Assembly (NCBI GenBank): GCA_963843605.1
Contig: CAWJLA010000004.1
Span: forward strand, 219,282 to 283,281
DNA: 64,000 nt
Source: an uncultured Bacteroidota bacterium
GTDB lineage: Bacteria > Bacteroidota > Ignavibacteria > Ignavibacteriales > Ignavibacteriaceae
Direction of reading: 5' to 3'
The notes under the pieces are model-generated. The model was not told the origin of the DNA and made no database searches. It was given only the letters and a program-made list of their open reading frames with translations. The position numbers and the translations under genes were made by a program. Positions 23,310-32,139 of this stretch are shown in pieces; the stretch's first letter is position 1, and each line of letters begins with the position of its first letter.

Positions 23310-23459
23310 TTATTTAGTTTCTTTATGAATCGTATGCTTTTTATCCCAACGGCAGTATTTTTTAAACTCTACGCGGTTAGGGTGAAGTCGCTTGTTTTTT
23401 GTAGTAGTGTAATTTCTTCTTTTACACTCTGTACATTCTAATGTTATTATATCTCTCAT
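23310..23459 (-). CDS. rpmG: 50S ribosomal protein L33
   Basis: 49-aa ORF below the track cutoff: [49 protein letters not shown]. Confidence 0.9.
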   Translation of the reverse strand: MRDIITLECTECKRRNYTTTKNKRLHPNRVEFKKYCRWDKKHTIHKETK

Positions 23460-23606
23460 GGCAGTATTTTTTTTTAATTTTCTAAGCTGATATTCAATTT
23501 TTTACTAAATATTCCCGATTACAATAATTATTAAAATCTCTAACCTATCCCTCCGGGATGCCAGCATGATCTTTTCAGACTTCTACTGCTTTGCTGGTCA
23601 GTCTAG

Positions 23607-23679
<73 letters not shown>

Positions 23680-23731
23680 AGTAATTCATTTTCAATCTTT
23701 TTTTTTGATCGAAACAATCATCTTTTAATAA

Positions 23732-23766
23732 ACTGATGATCCCGATGAGTCGGGACAACCAGCAGC
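23732..23766 (-). other. 35-nt tRNA-Thr-acceptor-like minihelix
   Basis: Minus strand GCTGCTG-GTT-GTCCCGA-CTCA-TCGGGAT-CATCAGT. The outer strands mimic the tRNA-Thr acceptor (GCTGATG/CATCAGC); the inner part is a 7-bp hairpin. Confidence 0.55.
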
Positions 23767-23792
23767 TATGAAGCTTCCAATATAAAAAAAAA

Positions 23793-24047
23793 CTAAATTT
23801 TCATATTTGCAGTTTTGGTTAAAAATATCTTGGTGTTTTTCATGGACTTAAGATACTTTTCCCGCTTCATAACTTCACTTCTCGTGCTGTATTCTTCAAA
23901 AAATATAAGAACCCAAGGTTGATAATTTTTAGTCCATCTTGCATGCGGACCATTATGATTTTCGACTCTCTCTTGTAAATCTTCAGTCGAACCTATATAA
24001 TATTTCTCAACCTTTTTACTCTGTAATATGTATACAAAGTATTTCAC
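23793..24047 (-). CDS. Small GIY-YIG (URI-domain) nuclease-family protein (GTG start)
   Basis: 84 aa; KYFVYILQSKKVEKYYIGSTEDLQERVENHN = GIY...YIG...R...H/N core. The start codon lies 3 nt after the 3' end of tRNA-Gly. Confidence 0.8.
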   Translation of the reverse strand: MKYFVYILQSKKVEKYYIGSTEDLQERVENHNGPHARWTKNYQPWVLIFFEEYSTRSEVMKREKYLKSMKNTKIFLTKTANMKI

Positions 24048-24050
24048 TTG

Positions 24051-24124
24051 AGCGGGAGACGGGACTCGAACCCGCGACCAACAGCTTGGAAGGCTGTGAC
24101 TCTAGCCAACTGAGTTACTCCCGC
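24051..24124 (-). tRNA. tRNA-Gly (anticodon TCC)
   Basis: GCGGGAG/CTCCCGC acceptor, ACAGC-CTTCCAA-GCTGT anticodon arm, GCGGG-TTCGAGT-CCCGT T-arm. Confidence 0.9.
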
Positions 24125-24362
24125 ATTTTAGAGACCTGTTTTTAAACAGATCTTTTCAAATTTTCAATTCTCCATAAACCCACGACCAATCCCGCGGTGG
24201 CGGGATGACTCTAGCCAACTGAGTTACTCCCGCATTTTAGAGACCTGTTTTTAAGCAGATCTTTTCAAATTTTCAATTCTCCATAAACCCACGACTAATC
24301 CCGCAGTGGCGGGATGACTCTAGCCAACTTGCCTAACGGCAGGCAGGCTGTGTTACTCCCGC
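24098..24362 (-). repeat. Tandem 109-bp repeat (2.4 copies, about 97 percent identical) made of degenerate tRNA-Gly copies plus spacer
   Basis: Units start at 24098, 24207 and 24316. Each carries the exact 27-nt tRNA-Gly 5' part GCGGGAGTAACTCAGTTGGCTAGAGTC. The third copy has a 20-nt D-loop insertion. Confidence 0.9.
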
Positions 24363-24469
24363 ATAATCAATATTTAATGAACATTTCAGAAGAAACAAAA
24401 AAATAAGGGAACTAAAATTTTATTATTCTATTATTATTCCCTTAAACCAAAACCATTCCAATTTTTATG

Positions 24470-24556
24470 TGGTGGGCGGCGAGGGATTCGAACCCCCAAA
24501 GGCGTCAGCCAACGGATTTACAGTCCGCCCCGGCTCTCCAACTCCGGCGTCCGCCC
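24470..24556 (-). tRNA. tRNA-Tyr (anticodon GTA), long variable arm, CCA encoded
   Basis: GCGGA-CTGTAAA-TCCGT anticodon arm, GGC-TGAC-GCC variable arm, TTCGAAT T-loop, ...GCCGCCCACCA 3' end. There is one A-G mismatch at the base of the acceptor stem. Confidence 0.85.
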
Positions 24557-24576
24557 GGAATTACAAACGAGCAACA

Positions 24577-24605
24577 AATATATCGTGATTTCAAGAAAAA
24601 AGCAA
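24577..24605 (-). promoter_or_regulatory. Candidate promoter for tRNA-Tyr
   Basis: Minus strand TTGCTT-N17-TATATT, with the -10 ending 20 nt before the tRNA 5' end. Confidence 0.35.
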
Positions 24606-24741
24606 ATAAAATTGTTATGCACTTTTAACTAAATTGTTAAATTCTGCAATTTTATTCTGATTTTTTTTGAAATTACGGGGCAAATATATTGATTAATTAA
24701 GAAATTAAAAAAAACTACTTAATTTTTGCCCCTAAAAAATT

Positions 24742-25743
24742 TTAATCACTTATCGGTTTATTCTGATGTGCTTTTATATAATCGATGATTTCATCTGCGT
24801 ACGCAAAAGCAAGCGCAGAATATGTATCAGCCGCACCGTAAAAAATAGCTATTCTTCCTGTATCGGAATCATGCAAGGTCGCGCAAGGAAAAGTAACGTT
24901 GGGAACAAAACCTGTTGTTTCGTAGGGAGCTTCCGGTGTTAAAATATAATTTTCGCAATCCGCAATTATCTTATTCGGCTCATTTATATCCAGCAGCGCG
25001 GCGCCCATACTATATATATATCCGCTGCAAGTAGTACATACTCCGTGATAAATCAACAGCCATCCTTCTTTAGTTTCAATGGGAACAGGACCGGCGCCTA
25101 ATTTTGTGTTTTTCCACCAATAATGACTTGTTTTCATCACAAGTCTGTGTTTACCCCAATATGTTAAATCAGGGCTCTGACTTAAATATATATCTCCGAA
25201 GGGAGTATGGCCGTTATCGCTGGGACGGTTAAGGAGTACGAAATTTCCGTTTATTTTTCTCGGAAATAGAACTCCGTTTCGGTTAAAAGGCAGAAAAGCA
25301 TTTTCCAACTGGAAAAAGTCTTTGAAATCTCTGGTTTTTGCAATTCCTACCGTCGGTCCGTTAAAATAATTACACCACGTTATATAATAGGTATCATCGA
25401 TTTTCACCAATCTCGGATCATACCCGTATAGAATAGGCTTAGCCTGCGTACCGTCTTCATTTTTAAATGCTAAATGTTCTTCTTCTATTTTCCACTCGAT
25501 CGCATTTTTACTTCTTCCCAGATGAAGCTGCGGATACCCGTTTTTATGATCTGCTCTGAATATTCCTATAAATTCACCATTGTAGGGCACAATTGCACTG
25601 TTGAAAATTCTCAATGAATCTTTCAAAGCTTCCCTTCCGATAACCGGATTCTTATCATACCTCCAGACTACTCCGGCATAACCTGCCGGCTTTTCCTGCC
25701 ATGGAATATTCGGTAATGCGTTTCCTATTATAGTCTTATTCAT
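24742..25743 (-). CDS. GH130 beta-mannoside phosphorylase family protein (start at MNKTIIG with GGAGGA RBS; the track ORF extends to 25833)
   Basis: FNSAIVPYNGEFIGIFRADH, DPRLVKIDDTYYITWC, NRNGVLFPRKINGNFVLLNRP, GWLLIYHGV, MGAALLD: characteristic GH130 blocks. Confidence 0.85.
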   Translation of the reverse strand: MNKTIIGNALPNIPWQEKPAGYAGVVWRYDKNPVIGREALKDSLRIFNSAIVPYNGEFIGIFRADHKNGYPQLHLGRSKNAIEWKIEEEHLAFKNEDGTQAKPILYGYDPRLVKIDDTYYITWCNYFNGPTVGIAKTRDFKDFFQLENAFLPFNRNGVLFPRKINGNFVLLNRPSDNGHTPFGDIYLSQSPDLTYWGKHRLVMKTSHYWWKNTKLGAGPVPIETKEGWLLIYHGVCTTCSGYIYSMGAALLDINEPNKIIADCENYILTPEAPYETTGFVPNVTFPCATLHDSDTGRIAIFYGAADTYSALAFAYADEIIDYIKAHQNKPISD

Positions 25744-25845
25744 CAGATTTTCCTCCGAATAAATGATGTTATAAATCAAGTTCAAGATTGTGCATGCCCT
25801 AGTCAGGTTCGGATTACCACCTATAACCAACACTCGACTGCCAAT

Positions 25846-27270
25846 TTAAACCGTAGCCGTCTCCGGTGCTTCGCCGTTTACTTTTCTTCTGCTGTCCAAT
25901 TCTGCAATAATAGTCTCCACTCGTTTATCGCTGAGGGGATAAAACATAAGCAGTATCAGAGCAAGAATTCCAAGAACTGCCGGAATTAAACTGAAAAGGA
26001 GAACCAAGCCTTTAATACTTTCCGGAGATTGAACCTGATTAGGTACAAATCCGACCTGCGACATAAGCATCAGAGCAATATATGCACCGATGGCCCATCC
26101 GAATTTCTGCGACATTGTCGAAGCCGAAAATACCAGGCCCGTAGCCCTTCTTCCATTTTTCCATTCTCCGTAATCTGCTGTGTCCGCATACATTGCCCAG
26201 AGCAGAACACTAAGCGGTCCGCCTGATAGAGAACCTGTAATTTGAAATAAGAAAATAAGTCCAAGTTGCTGAGGTGTTAAGAAATAATATACTGCAGTAC
26301 TTACAATAGCAATAATAAATATTATGATAAAAGCTTTCTTTTTACCAAGACGTTTTGCAATCCAGCTTACCATCAGCACTCCCAAAATTGAGGACATCTG
26401 ACCGACGGTATTAAAAGCAGATGCCAAATCTATAAAGCCGTAATTACCGGTTCCCAAGAAGGGTAATGTAAGTTTTTGAGTACCGACCACATACTTAAAG
26501 TAGTGTACCGTTACGCTGCTTCGTACGGCAACAAACAATATAAATGTTATCGTGGTTGCAAGCAGAATAAGCCATGGACCGTTTGTAAGCAGTTCTTTTA
26601 AATCTTTTTTCATTGACGACTTCTGACTTTTCGGAGGTGATATTCTCTCGTGCGTTCCTTTAAAAGCTATAAAGAAAAATAATACTGCAGCAATTCCGTA
26701 AATAACAAAAGACATCTGCCAGCCGTGAGCATCGTTTCCTCCGCCGAGAGATTTTGTCATCGGAAGCAAAGTAGCCGATACAATAGTTCCGGCAGTATAT
26801 GCAAATAAAAATTTAAAAGATGAAACAGATGTTCTTTCATTTGAATCGGCCGATATTACTCCCAGCAAAGCAGTATAAGGAATATTTATTGCCGTATAAA
26901 GCATCATAATTAAGATAAAAGTAGCGTAAGCCCAAATAAGTTTTCCTTCAGGTCCGAAATTGGGAACAGTAAAAGTTAGTACACCAGCAATAGCAAAAGG
27001 TATGCTCATCCATAATAAATATGGTCTGAACTTGCCCCATCTGGTATTGGTTCTGTCGGCAATCATACCCATCATCGGATCGTTAATACCGTCCCAAACC
27101 CGGCTTACTACAAACAAAGTTGCGGCGGCTGCAGCCGGTATTAAAAATATATCGGTATAAAAATATGTCAGATACAACATAAAGGTTTGCCAGTATAATA
27201 CTGAAGCAAGGTCACCGAAACCATAAAAAAACTTTTCTTTGAAGGGTAATTTTTGGACTTGGTCACTCAT
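25846..27270 (-). CDS. Glycoside-pentoside-hexuronide (GPH/MFS) sugar:cation symporter
   Basis: About 474 aa, 12 predicted TM segments, FFYGFGDLAS and MIADRTNTRWGKFRPY motifs typical of MelB/YicJ-type symporters. ATG at 27270 with GGAG RBS. Confidence 0.85.
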   Translation of the reverse strand: MSDQVQKLPFKEKFFYGFGDLASVLYWQTFMLYLTYFYTDIFLIPAAAAATLFVVSRVWDGINDPMMGMIADRTNTRWGKFRPYLLWMSIPFAIAGVLTFTVPNFGPEGKLIWAYATFILIMMLYTAINIPYTALLGVISADSNERTSVSSFKFLFAYTAGTIVSATLLPMTKSLGGGNDAHGWQMSFVIYGIAAVLFFFIAFKGTHERISPPKSQKSSMKKDLKELLTNGPWLILLATTITFILFVAVRSSVTVHYFKYVVGTQKLTLPFLGTGNYGFIDLASAFNTVGQMSSILGVLMVSWIAKRLGKKKAFIIIFIIAIVSTAVYYFLTPQQLGLIFLFQITGSLSGGPLSVLLWAMYADTADYGEWKNGRRATGLVFSASTMSQKFGWAIGAYIALMLMSQVGFVPNQVQSPESIKGLVLLFSLIPAVLGILALILLMFYPLSDKRVETIIAELDSRRKVNGEAPETATV

Positions 27271-27433
27271 TCCACACTCCGTAATTAATTTGGATAACAA
27301 ACTATCTTATAACGAAATTCCAATAAATATTTGTGCTTTCTATTTAACCTGATAGTTTTAGTCAGCCGCAAAATATTTATTTCACTCCACACTAATAATA
27401 TTCAAACTGTTCCGCCTAGTTATAAAAAGCTCT

Positions 27434-28933
27434 CTAAGGATAAACCGGCATATAACTTACGAAAGCTAAGTTTTTACTATCTGGCGACCAAGACGGAACA
27501 TTTATAGTGCCTTGCCCGCCGAACAGTTTTGCTAAAACAGTAATTTTCCCTCCATTTACGGGCATTAGTTTTAACATTACATTTTTGTTTGCAGGATGCC
27601 CCTTTATATCTTTTTCGTAAGTAAGAAAAACTATCCATTTCCCGTCGGGCGAGGGATGAGCAAACCAATTGTTATATTCATCTTTTGTAACTTGTTCTTG
27701 TTGGCTGCCGTCCGGTTTCATGCGCCAAATTTGCATAGTTCCGGTTCGCTCAGAGTTAAAGTAAATATATTTTCCGTCGGGTGAATAATCCGGCCCGTCA
27801 TCCAAACCTCCCGCATCAGTCAATCTGGACTCTGCACCGCCGTTAACGGAAATAGTATAAATATCGAAATTATCGTTGCGTTCCGCACAATAGGCTAATG
27901 TTTTCCCGTCCGGGGACCATCCATGCCAGTAAGAAGGAGCGTTTGAAGTAATTTTTTGAGGGTCGCCTCCTTCAACAGGCAGAATATAAATTATTGATTT
28001 TCCGTTTTCGGTCTGATCGCTTATTGCAAGCTTGGAACCGTCCGGCGAAATTCCGTGGTCATTATTGCAATTTTTTGCGAAGCCTGTGTTTATCGAACCA
28101 GGTCTGCCGCCTTCAACAGGTATTTTATAAATTCTGCCTTCGCTATTAAAAAGAAAGTATTTTCCGTCTCTTGACCAATTCGGAGCTTCGATATGAGATT
28201 GAGAATTATAAACCGCCCGCCTATCAAGCGATTCTATATTAATTGTTTCCAATGTGCTCTCGATTAACTTTTTCTCCGGCATAACTTGTTTTCCTTCCGT
28301 TATTTCAACATTTGAAAAGACCGCTTTTTCGATGACATTATTATCGTGCGCACAAACTCCCAGTCCGATATAAAACGGTTCTTTAAATTTGATATTTATC
28401 GAGCCTCCCGACGGCCTGAGTTTTTCACCATTCGATGCAACGAAGATAGAAACAATATTGTCCTGTTTTAGAATCAGAACTCTCGTAGGCGCATTAACAT
28501 TGGATTGAATTTCTCTTGTGGGTCCCCCGGTACTGTCTCTGTACTGCAGCGATGTTAGTCCGATCGAATGAAGTGCAACATCTGCATAAACAGAATTCGA
28601 ATCGAGACTTTGACGAATAATTAAGCATGCTTTTTTATGGGGATTACCTGTTGTATCCGTCCAATTTATATCGGCAGCCAAAGAAATATTGCCTTCTGCC
28701 TTTTTCCACAAATAATGAAACTCATCATTAGAAAACCACATATTTGTACCGCTGCCGGCGATAAGATATGATTTTTGGATATCGTCGTATTTGACTGAAC
28801 CCGGTATATTAACAGAACCTATATCACTTTGATTATTAAATTGTCCAAGCGAAGATTTCTGCGAAAACAAAACACCCGAAAATAGCAGACAAAAACAAAC
28901 CACAGCACCGAGCTTGTAACCTAAATTTCTCAT
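27434..28933 (-). CDS. Secreted protein: N-terminal jelly-roll-like domain plus TolB-like (PD40) beta-propeller
   Basis: Signal peptide [25 protein letters not shown]. Repeated SPDGK..IaF/Y motifs ([45 protein letters not shown]). Confidence 0.7.
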   Translation of the reverse strand: MRNLGYKLGAVVCFCLLFSGVLFSQKSSLGQFNNQSDIGSVNIPGSVKYDDIQKSYLIAGSGTNMWFSNDEFHYLWKKAEGNISLAADINWTDTTGNPHKKACLIIRQSLDSNSVYADVALHSIGLTSLQYRDSTGGPTREIQSNVNAPTRVLILKQDNIVSIFVASNGEKLRPSGGSINIKFKEPFYIGLGVCAHDNNVIEKAVFSNVEITEGKQVMPEKKLIESTLETINIESLDRRAVYNSQSHIEAPNWSRDGKYFLFNSEGRIYKIPVEGGRPGSINTGFAKNCNNDHGISPDGSKLAISDQTENGKSIIYILPVEGGDPQKITSNAPSYWHGWSPDGKTLAYCAERNDNFDIYTISVNGGAESRLTDAGGLDDGPDYSPDGKYIYFNSERTGTMQIWRMKPDGSQQEQVTKDEYNNWFAHPSPDGKWIVFLTYEKDIKGHPANKNVMLKLMPVNGGKITVLAKLFGGQGTINVPSWSPDSKNLAFVSYMPVYP

Positions 28934-29274
28934 AATATCAAACCTCCAAGTAAATAATTTTTAATAATTTCCAAGAGGTCAAGAAATCCGGAAAAAATAA
29001 TCAAACCGGCTAATTATTATTTTTAACGAAAATAAAGTTACGTTTTTTTTTTAAGAAACTAAACGATTATTTTAAGCAGACTTTTTAATAAATACGAATG
29101 CCAATTATATCTATTTATAACAAATATTTAATTTCAATTCGTTTTAATCCGGTACAATCATTCTGAAGATAATTTTTTAATCGAATTAACTGTATGGTTT
29201 TCGAAACCGGATAATTTATTTTTTAACCTGCTCGTTTTTGATCCGAAAACAAAATTAATATCGAATTAATAATG

Positions 29275-31340
29275 CTACCGGTTTATCAATGTAACAAAAC
29301 ACGCCGCATCCAAAGAAAATTCAGCGGTACCGTTTGCGACATTAACCGATTTAATTTTTTCCATAGAGTGAGTTTTATCTGTCATATAAAGATTCAAAGA
29401 TTTGACATTCGACGGTATTCCTTTTATTGTTACTTCCCTTTTCGCTCCGTCATTGACAATTTGAAATGTATATATTCCGTCTTTAATGTCACCGTAAGCA
29501 ACGCTGCTAATTTCCGGTCTGTTGCAGGATATAGGAAGATAGAAAGAGCCTCCCGGAGTTAGGCTTAATTGTTTTAAGTTCCAGAACCGCTGGGTTGGTT
29601 TTAGAGGACCTTTAGTGCCATAAATTCCTGCGCCTGTTAAAACGGAATAATCGGAAGTAAGCTGCCATTGTAAAATCGACTTGGCCTGACAGATTGAATA
29701 AATGCGCACGTACATATCTATTTCATTTAATGCATAAGACGGCTCTAAAAATATATCCGGATATCTCCAGGCCCTGCATCTGTACTGCCTTCACCCACTA
29801 TAAGAGGTATGTTAAGTTCCCTGGCAATATCCGACCAAATAGAAAGCGTCCAGTTATTATATCCGCGCCATGAATGGAACGATACGGCACCTATATATTT
29901 ATAAGTTGCCGGATCGTTTAATGCAGGCGTTAAAAATCCGTAGGTATTTGCGTCAGAGTTATCACCGAGCAATAATTTTGTAGATAATCCTTTTGAAGCA
30001 AGAAAAGCGCCGAACTGTTTAATAAATTCCGCATGTTCCTCTCCGGTTTGCCGCACATTTATCCCCAGATCCGATTCGTTGAAAGAGAATAGATCTGGTG
30101 ATACTCCGTATTTTTCTTTTAAAAAAATCAAATATGCACCTAATGATTTTATAATGCTTCTCATTTTCATTTGATTTAGCGGGTTACCGAAGGGATCGCC
30201 GGGTTTCTTAGGTTCGAAATTGGGTTTCCCTATTATTGCCCAGGCCGGAGGGTACCAAATGCTTAAAATAATATGTATATTTTTTTTAGCAAGCCTTTGG
30301 GCCATTTCCATTGCATCAGCAACACGTTCGTCAATATGCCCGGCCCTGGCTTCAGCAAGCGGATCGATGCTTTCATCTCGCTGCCAGTTAAACCAAGGCA
30401 TTTCCACCCTGCCCCATTTTACATCAAGATTATTAAGACAATAATTAATAACTTCAGGATCTCTTTCTGCGTTCTGAAGACGGAAATTGCCTCCTATTCC
30501 GTCAAACTCTCTTCCGGGGTGCAGTGTATCCAATACCATTTCTACCGGTTGTCTGTCGATTTTTCCTGAAACGGATAGATTAAAAACTTTATTTACGGTC
30601 ATACCTTTTAGGGCATTGCCCGATATCATCGTAAAATAAACAACGGTGTTACCGTCTCCAAAAAATGAGTTACCTTTTATAACATAAATTTCGGTGTATT
30701 CGTTCGTACTCAGTTCAATATGCCGAGTCTTTGAGTTAATAATTATGCCTTTAGCCGTATCGGGCACCGGATTAAATCTTCTAAAATAAGGAGGACGTCC
30801 GGTTATTAATGACGTATCAGGTTTGGAAGGTTTCTCATCAATGTATTTGAATGAAGCATCAGAAAAATCGTCGTTAGGCAGTTCTATAGTGAAATAAGCA
30901 CCTTTGACGGCAGTATCGCCAATAGCAGTCATCTTTACAAAAATTGCGGCTTTTCCTTTCCCGGTATCTTGCACGGTTTCCTCTACCTCTAAACTGTCGA
31001 GCATTGTATTGATTATTGCTTTGGAACCGCGCCGAACAAAACTGGGACGCTGTTTTTCTTTTGCGGTTTGAGAGTAGTCAATCCAATTTTTCTGAATCAC
31101 TCTTATGCTGGTTTCGAATTTCATTAATTCGCCGTCCACACGGATACCATCGACATTGCCCCAGGCCGTACACTCTGCTTGTCCGTACAAATTTACAAAT
31201 CCGCCGAGACTTAAGAATAAAAGCATTGATCCAATTATAAAAGATTTATTCAAAAATCCGGTTCCGCTGAAATAATTTTTCCAGTTTACTGTTTTTAAGC
31301 TTAATTCTATTTCCCGCGATAATTTGTTAGATGAGTGCAT
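29275..31340 (-). pseudogene. Secreted clan GH-A (GH30/GH5-like) glycoside hydrolase, 1-nt deletion about 29770-29774
   Basis: ORFs 29745-31340 and 29275-29715 join as ...GEGSTDAG/AWRYPDIFLEPSYALNEIDMYVRI... 2066 nt = 2067-1. Has a TIM-barrel-like FDGIGGNF, FNESD and VGEGS plus a C-terminal beta-sandwich. The family assignment is tentative. Confidence 0.5.
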
Positions 31341-31460
31341 ATGGCTTACTCCAAAATTTTTAAGGAAAGAGAATTAAATATATAATTTTTAAAAATAATA
31401 AAATCAGCAGTGCGGTAATTTACGATGATTAAATATAACCTAAGGACATAGTAAGAGTTG

Positions 31461-31503
31461 AAATAAAAAATGCCGGGCGAGATGAATCGATTTTGCCCGG
31501 CAT
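31461..31503 (-). terminator. Orphan intrinsic-terminator-like hairpin on the minus strand, about 120 nt upstream of the hydrolase gene
   Basis: Minus-strand AUGCCGGGC-N16-GCCCGGCAU followed by UUUUUAUUU. No annotated minus-strand gene lies upstream of it. Confidence 0.45.
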
Positions 31504-31828
31504 ATTATTAAGGAATACAACAGATTATGCACGTTGAATATGCAAGCAAGAGTTTTCCTTAAATTTTGTATTTGTAAGCAGTAATTAAACAGACAAACCT
31601 GTTTCGTTCCGTATACTAAAATAATTCTATTTATATAAGTCGAATTAATTCAGTTTTATTTAATAATCTTGAAGCTAACGGGAAATATTTGTTGCAAGCG
31701 GTAAATATTTTGAGCAAGCAGTGTTTGATATTTTAAAACCGTACCTTAAAATATTAAAGAACCTATTCTAATTTTTTCCTTCAATGGAAAGATTCTTCGC
31801 AGCAAATTATTGAAATAATTAAATTTTA

Positions 31829-31857
31829 TTGACAAAGAACTTAAAATCACCTAAGTT
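31829..31857 (+). promoter_or_regulatory. Candidate sigma70-type promoter for the 32140 gene cluster
   Basis: TTGACA (31829-31834), 17 nt, TAAGTT (31852-31857). Confidence 0.4.
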
Positions 31858-32139
31858 AATATTCACCGCATACAGTCCTCAGATAATTGTCCAGATACCA
31901 AATCCGATAGATCTACAGATTAAAAATTATATTCTAAAAAAGGGAATTAATAAATAGGGAGGAAAAGGGGGAAATGAAACCCAATTTTATCCCGGCTTCA
32001 AATTATTCTTCCGAAATTTCTGTAAAGATAGACATATCGTATAATTTATTAAGCCGATTACTTCATATTAGCATATGTTCACCCGAAATCAATATTGGTG
32101 AACGTCAAGCTTTAATTTATAATTAATAAAGGAGATAAA

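Noticed and set aside
24098-24362. Possible CRISPR array or phage attachment-site duplication at the tRNA-Gly repeats
   Set aside because: The 109-bp units are directly abutting with no unique spacers, and no cas genes are present. The duplicated tRNA segment is the 5' part, whereas integrase att sites duplicate the 3' part. No integrase or other mobile-element gene is nearby.
24657-24735. Long hairpin GGGGCAAA…TTTGCCCC downstream of the GH130 gene as its terminator
   Set aside because: The loop is about 42 nt, the inner pairing is imperfect, and no U-tract follows on the minus strand. The evidence is too weak to annotate.
25744-25833. N-terminal extensions suggested by the track for GH130 (25833), the symporter (27300), folB (51100), pgeF (51960), rpoB (20038), ppx (48147) and argS (58622)
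   Set aside because: In each case a downstream start codon with a GGAG-type RBS coincides with the beginning of the conserved protein. The extra residues are hydrophobic or low-complexity, or overlap the upstream gene.
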